Positions 23,697 through 33,251 of a stretch of DNA of 33,251 bases are shown piece by piece. This DNA comes from Polymyxa betae A26-41 (taxonomy: Eukaryota; Protista; Endomyxa: Phytomyxea). The translations under genes were made by a program, and so were the position numbers. The notes below the pieces were generated by a model. It was not told the DNA's origin. It searched no databases and was given only the letters and a program-made list of their open reading frames with translations. Within the stretch, counting starts at the first letter, position 1; every line of letters starts with the position of its first letter. The stretch is taken from positions 1 through 33,251 of the forward strand of contig RBZT01000695.1 of NCBI GenBank assembly GCA_003693705.1, in the 5' to 3' direction.

Positions 23697-26600
23697 ATGG
23701 CCGACCCAGCCGCTCTTAGGCACCAATTACAGACAGCTGAGGCTCAATGGCATGCTGAGCGACTCAATCTAGGTAACCAGGGGTCTAATCGATTCCTGTC
23801 TGGATCTGAATCGTTGGATCAGAGCAATTATTACATCAATGTGAACGCGAACGAGAAGAATTGATCTCATCGCAGGCTCAATGCCAGAAGACAATCACAA
23901 CCTCCAAACTAGAATTGGATCAGTCGCAAAACGAAATTCAGCGACTGAAACAGGCTCTGGAGCATTCAGATGATAAACTCAATAGATTGCAGTCTGCCAA
24001 AGATGAATTGGCCGCCGATCTTGAAGCAGAACGTACACGATCTGCTCAACTTATTTCCCATAATGCTGCTGTAGAAGCGGAAGTCGATCGATGTCGTGAG
24101 GAATGTGCTCGATATAGTGACAGACAAATCGAATTAACCAAACAAGTCTCTGAAGATACGTCGTAGTCGGAGTAATCACTAAAATGCTTCTAGGTGAACG
24201 AAACTGAGCGAGCTCTGGCGATGGAGAAAGCATTAATGAAACCAATTCAGATCCAACTCGGTAATGCAATTGCTCTTTTTCTTGGGTGAAGCCGATTCCG
24301 ATATTCTTCAGCTGATGCTGAACAGAGACGAAAACTGTTACAGACACAGAATGAAACGCTTGAGCAAGAGTTGGAGTCACGATCTGAGCAGCTGCTTCAT
24401 ATTCAGAGGAAGCATGGAGGCCAGCTGGGTCAATTGACCAATGCAAACGAATCCCTACAAGCCCAATGTAAAGAATGGGAATCAAGGCACGGTTTAATGC
24501 AGATCAGGACAATTACTTGTCTGAATGTTGATGCAGATATCAGTCATCGGTTGATGAAGTCAATATGCTGAAAAGCAAATTAACCGAGGTCTTGAATCAA
24601 GCTCAAGAGGAACGTCATGCTTCTGTCAGTGCATCATGCCAATATCAAAGTTTCGTTCAAAAAATTTCATGATGATGTTGGTTGAATTTTGATCAGGTGA
24701 ACTGGATGCCGAACAACGGCTGTCGGCGACATTGAAACGGAGTCTGAATGAGGCGAAAGAGAGCATATCGAACTTGGAAAATGCTCTTGAATCGTTAAAA
24801 ACCGATTACAAAGATGCGACAGTTCGTGTCATCGAGCTGGAGGAGAAACTAGAGAAAACCGAAGCCGCTTTGAAAACGTCCGAAGAGAATGTCAACATAA
24901 TGAAAAACGAGCTCGTTGTTCTGAACGATCAAAGTCAACCTCCTCTGCACATTGAACAACGTATTTATTGTTCAATGTTCTGCTGATTGAGTCCTGAATT
25001 GTTTCAGCTGGAGAAGTTGCGTTAAAAGGTGTCAAGATTGAAGATATTTACGGTCGCTTGATGCAGACCAATCAGCAATTAATTGAAGAGCGAGCTAAAT
25101 CCAGGAAGCTGCAATTGTACCTTGAGCAGATTCAGGAAGAGGTTGGTGCGGCGTTTCTACAAATGTTAAGACAAAATTGAGATAATTTCTATCAGATCAA
25201 TGAGCAATACCCTTTATTGCAAGAGCAACGAGCTGACTACCAAAATGTGGGTCGTAATTCCATGTTAGCGATCATCGACCTCTGAATATTGGGATTCAGT
25301 TGGTTAAAGTTAATAATAATCTGGCGTTACGAGTTCAGGAATGTAACTATCAAAGAGATCAACTTGAGCGAAAGGTGGTCAGACTCGTAGTGTTGGGACA
25401 TCTCGCTCACTGATTCTCATAGTTACAACAAGCCCTTCAACGTTCTGAATCCGAATATAAACAACGTCAAGAGCTCATTCAGTTTGTATAAGAGCAATCT
25501 AAATTGTATTTGTCAATCGCTCATATGTGATGGTAGATTCAAAAGCAGGGTATTGAAGGATTCGATCAGAACGACGCCATGCAGGTCGCTATCGTTACCC
25601 AAGGTGACCCATTCTCCTCTCAATGCTAACGATTTGTTTTGATGATGGTTGAAGATGGTAATGATGCAAGTTCTTGGCGTAAATTAGTGGAGCAGCTGGA
25701 AGAAGAGCTTAATAGAAGAGATCTGCAATTGGCTCGTCTAGAGACTGAAATTCGCAGTCGCAATCTGTTGACGTCTGCTTCAAATAGTCATGGGCCAACA
25801 TCATCTCTACCTTTGGTTCCTGCATCTCCCCCGTAATAATCATTCAAGGATCTATATATATGATCTGGTTAATTTCTGTTATAGAATGGAGGGTGGTGAT
25901 CAGAAATTGATTGATGAATTACGAGTCCAGGTTGAAATGCTACAAAGTGAGAAGAGTACCAGTGAACGCCAATTGCAAGTATAATCATGAACAGTTTCCT
26001 GTGTTCTTATTGTTGATATTTTGCTTTAAGAGTAATGTCGATGATGCACGTCGCCAGTATCACGAATTATCTGTGAAACTGGCGTCTACCGAAGGCAGCA
26101 TTGCTCTAGTAAATCAAAAATTGGACTGGATGACCACGCAAGCGAATAGATTATCAGCCGAAAATGGCAAGCTCAGGTACTTTGTGCTGTCGTACAAATC
26201 AATCTATCGTCATGCTTTTACCTTTCAAGGTCACATGATGCACAACGTGATGCATTACTGATTGTAACTCAAGAGAAGATTTCGACATTAACTGCAGAAC
26301 TATCAGATGCTAATCAGCGCTATACTCGAAGCTGTAATCAGCTTCAGCAGGTCTAAATAACATTTTATTCACTTCTATTGTTTTTTCCATAACGGACGCT
26401 TTATCCGTTTGCTGGCTTTCGTATTGATTTCCCAATCTAGGTTCGAGCTCAGTTAGAAATGGCACGTCAGACAGAAGAACGTCTTACTGAGCAATGTGGC
26501 GATATGGCTGTATTACGTCAACATAACGAACAACTTCTCGCTGCAATGCATTCAGTACAGCAACAGTATTGCGAACGTCCCCTTCTGTAATATGATGTTG

Positions 26601-29600
26601 ATTTGGTCACTACAGGCTGGAGACTGGACAGTCATCAAATGTTCAGCAGTTGATGGCTGAAAAGGAACGAGTTTATCAGGACTTGTTACAAACGCAGAAA
26701 CAATCGGCTGTTGAGAGACGACAACTTCAACAAAATATCAAAGTTTGAGCAAATTGATTGTCATTCCTGCAGATAGATTGATATGGGATATTTCAGGTTC
26801 TTGAAGAGCAATGTCAATCGTTACAATCACAATTGGAGATTGCCAGTAAGGCCACTGATGAGGCAACCAGCAAGCTGGCACAGCTATCTGCTGCTGCGAG
26901 CACCGCTGAGTCTGCCCATTCAAAACTGATGGAAGAGTTACGCGCTGTGAAAAATGAACGAGATCTATTAGCAAGTCATAATCGTACTGACGATGAAGAG
27001 GGAGGTGGCCGACAGCTTATGATTGAGTTAGCGCACGCCCAGGTCGGTCTTCTTTCTTCTGTCCTGATTTTTTCCTGCTTGTTAAACAACCGATGCAGGT
27101 TGAAGCTCAATCATTGCAAGAGAAGGTCACCGCGTTACAGACGGAAGCGAATGATTGGAAGTCGCTTTGTGAACAACGATCTCAGCTTCTCAACGAACTG
27201 GAAGAGAACTTACAAGCACAGCGTCAACGATCTGAAAATGACATCGAGACTTTGCAGAACCGTGTCGAGGAACTCACCGAACAATGTCGTCAATCTGATC
27301 AGCAATACGAAGATCTGCTGACTCAGCTGGAACAGGTTATTTTTCTCTTCATATTAACTCGTGGATAATTTTTGCATATTTACAGCCTTTTAATGGCTTA
27401 ATTTCTTATTGTTGTGGTTGCAGAGAGACTCTCTTTCTATCAATCAAGCGAGAGAACTTGAAAATCGAGCTGCTGATGCAGAGCGTCGTGCAGTGCAATC
27501 CGAACAGAGATTCCAGATTTCTCAAGAGGCTGCTGAATCTAAAGAGCAGGAAGCTGCTGAGTATAGACGACGGTACGATACCCTTTTAACGCGGTCTCTG
27601 TTGACAGTCGTTTATATTTTGATCAGTTATGAGAGCGAGTTAACAGGCCATGCTGCAGCTATCACTTCGGTTAATGAAATTCGCCAACAGTTGTCATCTC
27701 TGCAGCATCAACTCGAAACAGCTCGCTCAACCGAATATGACGCTGTTGAAGCTCTCAACTGTCTTCAGCAGCAGTCGCAACGTGAGATTACCAGCCTCAA
27801 TGCACATCTTAAAGAGGTCCTTTAGTGGCAACGTTGAGAAGTCTATATGTTGATTATCTTGTGCAGGCACGTGAAACGATTGCCAACCTCAGTAAGCAGA
27901 ACGATTTCCTCCTATCTCAGCTCGAAACTGGCCGGTTTGCGAAGCAGCTCGGTTCGGCTGAGGAAGGAGAAGAAGCAGATCGTACTCGACAGATTATCAC
28001 ATTTTTGAGATCGGAGAAGGAGATTGCTGAGGCTGAGGCCGAATCCGCTTCTCGTCAAGTTGTTCGATTGAAGGCCGAAGTTGAACAGTTGCGAACCAGT
28101 CTTGACCAGGCTAGGGAGGAGATTACCAGACTTCAGGTCCTCGATCTGCGGGTGCATTATATTCTGAGCTGATATCGTTCGGCAGGAGAGGGAATCATCG
28201 ATGCATCTATCTGCAGAGACGAGACCATCAGAAGACATTTCAGTCCTGCTGGAGAGCAATCAGATGTTACGCAATCAGAAACTGGAGCTCATGAATCAGC
28301 TCAAAGAAGTTAGTGCAGTCATCGGGCTCTTTCAAATCACTGAACTGATTATTGGACCGTAGCTCGAAGAACGGTTCGATCAATTGCATCAAAGCTCTGG
28401 ACCAATGCAATCGCAAGTCGCTGAGTTGAATGCTACTGTCGCTTCGCTCCAAGGTGAAAAATCGGCATTGCTGGCCGACGTGGAACGATGGAAGGCCCGC
28501 AATCAGCAATTGCTGTCAAGGTAAATCACGATTGTTTTGGCTTTGCATTCCTCAAATTGAATTGGCTCTGCGAACTTACTGACAATTTCGTGGAAATTGC
28601 GTTTTGCTTGTTGGGGTGGCATTCATTTGAATAACATGATTGTAGGTATAATCAGGTGGATCCCGAAGTGTATCGTCAAGCAAAGGAGTCTCTCTCTGAA
28701 GCTAAACAGGAAATCGAACAGCTTCAATCTCGATTACAATCCAAAGACGTAATGATATGATCTGCTATCGTCATTCAGATTGCTGATCATATTCTGTAGA
28801 ATCAGATCATTGAACTTCAAGACAAGCTGGCTCGTGCTAATCAGGGACAAGCTAATATTGAGACTATTCGTGTAATTAATTCCGCTTATCGTGGTGCTCA
28901 GTTGATTTGATATCGGATGTATAGAGATCCGCCGTGTTTAATCTGCAACAAGTGAATGCATTGAAGCGCGAACTGGCAAGCCGTCCTGATCCAGCTCAGC
29001 TTTCAGCCCCGCTAGTTGAAGCCCAGAAATGTATCAAGTCTTTGAGAGCACTTTGTTCCAGATCGAGGTCTGTTTTGGAAAAAAGGTTGGACCTCAGTCT
29101 GCTCAGTTATTGGTTTTCAATGCATCAAATGTTAGGAATGAAACTGTCGCAAGTCTGCAGGGCCTGGTCGACACACACAAATCCGAGATTGCCTCTCTGA
29201 ATCAGAAGGTTAGGCATCATTCACTGTGTTCGCTCTAGTTCAACGTTTAATTTAGGCCTACGATTTGCAAGATCGTTTATCAGAGTGTGAAGCTTCGTTG
29301 CAGAAAGTTAGTGACGGCTGATAGATTATTATTTGATATTGATATGGTATTAGACAGAAGAGCGTCATGCTGCTGAGCTGGGTTCCAGCCAGGATCAAGT
29401 GGCATCTTTACAACAGCAACTTGCTGATGCCAGTGATCGTTTACAGATTACAGAAAAAGAGGAAGCACAGATTTCAGAATCTGTAGATATCTCTGACGAG
29501 ATCCTTGTTCAACATAAACGTCCCCCATCTCCAACTGTTCAACCAGCTCAGAAGAAGCTAAAGACTCAAGAGCACGAAGAACCCGTATTTATTCCTGAAT

Positions 29601-29942
29601 CTGACAAACAACAATCACAACCTGAAAAGCACCAGGGTTCGCTTTAGCATTTTCTGCTCGGCTGATTAATAATGATACGTTGTAGAGGAAGTTGGGGCAG
29701 TACCTATACGTCGTTTACGTCGTACACGTGCAGCTTCGGCTTCGCAAGAACCTGCAACTTCCAGTAACACTGAATTTGCAGGTACTGGTCAAGGACAAGA
29801 TGAGGCAGCGGAAAACGGTGTCGGTATAGAAGAAGATAATGCTGCTGCTGGTATAATAGGTCCTGGACCTAGTTCTGATGCTGAAGATGGAGAGATTGTC
29901 ACCGATCAGAATTCAGATAATAATCCTGCCATGGACATTTAA
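23697..29942 (+). CDS. TPR: Nuclear basket coiled-coil nucleoporin TPR/Mlp1/NUA; more than 20 short introns
   Basis: Long heptad-rich protein with TPR-like blocks: ELDAEQRLSATLK, GVKIEDIYGRLMQTNQQLIEERAKSRKLQLYLEQIQEEINEQYPLLQEQRADY, YESELTGHAAAI, IITFLRSEKEIAE, RWKARNQQLLSRYNQVDPEVY. Bipartite NLS-like KRPPSPTVQPAQKKLK, acidic tail, TAA at 29940-29942. Confidence 0.88.
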
Positions 29943-30083
29943 ATATACATTTATTTACATGTTTATATTTGCTATTGTCTCCCTTTTAAAGTCTTGGTTT
30001 ATTTAAATTTCATAGAATGTTGTGAATATAGTGCGAAGGTCTCCTCATTAAATGAGAGAGGATTTATTGCGAATATTGTTATA

Positions 30084-31454
30084 ATGTTGCATACAGATAC
30101 AAATATTCCAGTATCATTCTTTAAGCTACACAAACAGTGTCGTACTTCAGCATCAGCACAGCACGATACACAACGTCTAGCTCAATTCGGCAATGAACGA
30201 CGTCTGCAGAATGTGCCACCTACTCCAAGCTTATCTGTTAAAGAACGTGAACGTATCTATCATGAATGTAAAAGATCATTAGAGTGAGTTGTATCTGTTA
30301 TTGTGTCTCTATTTAACCATATCCTGTTATTTAGTGCTGGATTTCATGTTCTTTTACTTGGATTAGGATCGAAGTTTCATCTGGTCCAAGAGATGTCCAA
30401 ATCTATATTATTAAGATACATTACTGTCACTATCAATGGATATTCTAATGCATTCTCTATGAGATATCTTCTTACTAGCATCGCTGAACGGGTTCTTCAC
30501 TTTCAACTTAAACGTCGTCATCTGGATCTTCAGGCTCAGGATTTAATTCAAAAATTTAATGAACGAGCTGACATCCATATCTATCTGGTTATACATCATT
30601 TAGATGGACCAAAGTTTCGCAATGCAAAGGTGTAGATATAACAATCTTATCAGCTGTTGTAATTTACTGAAACTCAGGTACAGAATGTGTTTAGTCGATT
30701 AGGTGAATGTCGATATATTCATATAGTAGCTACTGTTGATCACATAAGAACACGATTATGTAAGTGATATCTAATCTGTATATAACTTGAGGATTATATT
30801 AATTGACACCAATAGTATGGGATTCTGTAGCTGTCAGTTCATTATCATTTCACACAATTCAGGTTCATACATTACAATCATACCTGAATGAATCTTCCAA
30901 TCCAATACTCAACAGACGTAAAGGCAAACGTGCTATTGATCAATCAGGTTTCTATATGTTGACCTTTCTGAATATGTAACTAAACATATTGATCTTAGAT
31001 GGAGAGGCTATTAGAACACAAACATCGTCAATCGATGCCATATTGTCTTGTTTAACAACTCGTCAGAAAACATCACTCTGTAATCTGGCATATAGTCAGG
31101 TGAATCACAATAATTCAGGTAATTGTGATTACTGCATTATCAATGTTATTGTAATGATTAATGATATATCAGGTCTTAATTTTCAAGATTGGATGAATGT
31201 ATGCTTAGTCGCATCAGACCGAGATTTTCGCATTCTGATTCAAGAGTTGAGATTTCATAAGATTGTAGAAGAAGTTGAGGATCCTGACACAGCTGTTATT
31301 TATTACAAGGTAACAACCCTGTTTGATGCAATCCTCAAATTACTTAACTTGCTCGTTTCAGATTCCATACTCGAATGAGATTATACAAGAGAAGCTACTT
31401 CTTAATGGTGCCTCTGTTGATCAGATCCAAGATCCAACACTTTTATTCAAATGA
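30084..31454 (+). CDS. ORC2: Origin recognition complex subunit 2 (compact form)
   Basis: GFHVLLLGLGSK, TINGY, YLVIHHLDG, IHIVATVDHIRTRLLWD, ILSCLT, LIQELRFHKIV, YKIPY. The start codon is uncertain. Confidence 0.88.
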
Positions 31455-31555
31455 TACTTGTCTGTCCAATACATAATTGGATTTCACCTTCTGACTATTC
31501 TTATTATTCATCATCTATTTAATGTTGATTAACGATATTTATGGTTTATTGCTAA

Positions 31556-32698
31556 TTACAATCCTGGAATACGAACTGATGGAGTCCTGATTTCTCGCTT
31601 TGAGATCATGGCTAAAGCCATTGCTTCCTGGAATTGACCTCGACGACTAAGACGACATCGTGGTATCGGTACAGATCTCCTTGTTAACACAGCCGGGTTT
31701 GGTTGTCCTATGACATCACCTTCTGATCCATAAGGTGATATCGACCTGGAAGGTGTTAAAGAACCTGAACGAGTTGCTGATTGAGATCTGGGTGGGATAA
31801 CACGACCAACATGAACAGATGATGTTCGTGTTGGAACTGATCGCAGCTTTCTTCTCTGCTCTTGAATCCTCGTCAATAATGTCGATCGTGATGCAGGATG
31901 GTGTTGTACAACCCGTCCTAATGGGATCTGTGGTTGATATTCAGGTCGAGGGTCAACATGACGTAATCGTTGGATCTGATCTCGGATTCGAACATCGAGT
32001 GAGACGTGTGAAGTCTCTAAGAGGGCATCATCATCAATATCGAGATGAACTTCATCAGGTGGAACATCATCATTATCGCTGCTCGAGCTGGATCCATCTG
32101 ATACTATTGGATTTGATTCTGATGAGTTAACATCAGTCTTCAATTCCAATTGCTGGACAGGTTCAAATTGAATCGGATCTCGTTCTCGTCGTTGCCAGAG
32201 AGTCTCGGGCTGGACCGGGGTTGGATATGCTGCTGTTTCAGGTGTTGGCGCAAACAGATCATGAGCTCTTGCTAGCCATTGATATTGAGCTTGTTGTAAT
32301 GATTCAGGTCGAGGTTCTGATTCGGGCTGGAAACTTCCCATTATACAGCAAATAGATTGAATCAGTTTCTGAAATGTAGTGATGCTAACCGAGACCTTCT
32401 TATCCGAATCGATTCGAAGCAGATTGTTAATTTGTGATGTCCATATTGTGAGAAAATGACAATGTTGTTGAAGCGATTTCTGCAGATGCCGAATTTGTCT
32501 CAGAATATGATAGAGTCTCTGAGACCGGCTCGATTTTAGTGTTGATTCACGATTTAAGCCCAAAATTGATTCCAGGATCCACAAATCTACTGATTTCAGC
32601 TTAACATCGCTTTCATCTCCGCCATCAGCAGACAGATTCATGGCGCCAAGTTCTATAGAGGTACCGGCGTCTGTCAATGTTGGAACATTTGGTCTCAT
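31556..32698 (-). CDS. Intronless hypothetical protein with a helical N-terminus, a disordered S/P/D-rich middle and WH2-like motif(s)
   Basis: 380-aa uninterrupted ORF; SRSTLLTRIQEQRRKLRSVP fits the WH2 pattern of an amphipathic helix followed by LRxV. Confidence 0.7.
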   Translation of the reverse strand: MRPNVPTLTDAGTSIELGAMNLSADGGDESDVKLKSVDLWILESILGLNRESTLKSSRSQRLYHILRQIRHLQKSLQQHCHFLTIWTSQINNLLRIDSDKKVSVSITTFQKLIQSICCIMGSFQPESEPRPESLQQAQYQWLARAHDLFAPTPETAAYPTPVQPETLWQRRERDPIQFEPVQQLELKTDVNSSESNPIVSDGSSSSSDNDDVPPDEVHLDIDDDALLETSHVSLDVRIRDQIQRLRHVDPRPEYQPQIPLGRVVQHHPASRSTLLTRIQEQRRKLRSVPTRTSSVHVGRVIPPRSQSATRSGSLTPSRSISPYGSEGDVIGQPNPAVLTRRSVPIPRCRLSRRGQFQEAMALAMISKREIRTPSVRIPGL

Positions 32699-33047
32699 GG
32701 ACCGTACTCGATCTCATTCCTGTAAGATAGCAACTCGTCATTTTTCACCCAACAACAAACTCTATCTAATAGAAACTAAGCTACACATTACAGTTAGATT
32801 CTCATTGAAAGTCGTACTATACATTCATACCTTTAGCTTCTTTTGACGTTTTGACCTTATTAGCAGCGACAAAATACGATATCCGTCAAAGATATTTACT
32901 CGAACGCAGCTCATGCCACATTGACAATGATATGCTCGCTCATATAGAGTTGTGAGTTTCTGTAAAGTAAACAGACAAGTAAATAAAATTGGATATGATA
33001 CAATGAATCTATTTCCAGATTTAGACAGTTTTTTTTTCTAAAGATAA

Positions 33048-33251
33048 TTATAAACTGTTAATAGCCTGGTGTAGATATGTCACAAGTTCTGATCTTGCAA
33101 TTGTAACTTGAGTACTTGTTAATGTATTCTTCACATTGCATGTTCCATTAGTAACTTCATTCGGTCCAATAATTACAAAGAAAGGAATCTTCAGATCCAA
33201 TGCATGCTCGATTTGAGTCTCAAATTTGGGATTGCGCTTTTGAACCAGTTC
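33048..33251 (-). CDS. HARS1: 3' end of histidyl-tRNA synthetase (anticodon-binding domain); the gene enters from the right edge
   Basis: Minus-strand frame reads ELVQKRNPKFETQIEHALDLKIPFFVIIGPNEVTNGTCNVKNTLTSTQVTIARSELVTYLHQAINSL*, matching the eukaryotic HisRS C-terminal pattern (KxNPK..Q...A....IP...IIG..E...G.V.V....T..Q..V.R..L). Missing from the ORF track because no start codon lies in the window. Confidence 0.8.
   Translation of the reverse strand, partial: ELVQKRNPKFETQIEHALDLKIPFFVIIGPNEVTNGTCNVKNTLTSTQVTIARSELVTYLHQAINSL

Noticed and set aside
23697-29942. Many short coiled-coil ORFs that could be read as an operon or several genes
   Set aside because: They join through phase-consistent short introns into a single TPR/Mlp1 gene.
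32868-32951. Exon-like plus-strand segment bounded by CAG and GTGAGT
   Set aside because: No partner exons or recognisable product; it lies in the short gap between two minus-strand genes.
1-33251. CRISPR arrays, transposases, retroelements, phage genes, rRNA or prokaryotic defence systems
   Set aside because: No repeat-spacer arrays, TIRs, LTRs or RT/integrase motifs seen; almost all sequence is explained by spliced eukaryotic genes.

Overview
Gene-dense eukaryotic nuclear DNA with many very short (about 45-60 nt) GT-AG introns, so the ORF track fragments most genes. Splicing by hand gives about 14 protein-coding genes and one tRNA. In order: a partial minus-strand gene at the left edge, CIAO1/CIA1, an SDS22-like LRR protein, BRR2/SNRNP200, an SLC35D-type nucleotide-sugar transporter, SARNP/Tho1, a PP2C, NOB1, a secreted purple acid phosphatase, tRNA-Pro(CGG), a ZC2HC1-type zinc-finger protein, TPR/Mlp1, ORC2, an intronless orphan with WH2-like motifs, and the 3' end of histidyl-tRNA synthetase (absent from the ORF track). 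The architecture resembles a compact protist genome, possibly a flagellated plasmodiophorid-like organism, but that is inference only. I see no CRISPR array, transposon, prophage or rRNA, and I cannot support a whole new multi-gene system. The best leads are: a tRNA with a compensated U53-A61 pair in place of the near-invariant G53-C61; a possible divergent WAVE/WASP-like actin regulator; an EDGEI (ARS2-binding type) motif in the TPR tail; two sequence-related introns flanking a 22-nt microexon; a cluster of about 205-260 nt introns limited to the first 7 kb; and a required GC-AG intron. All exon boundaries are manual predictions without transcript data, and family comparisons are from memory rather than database searches.
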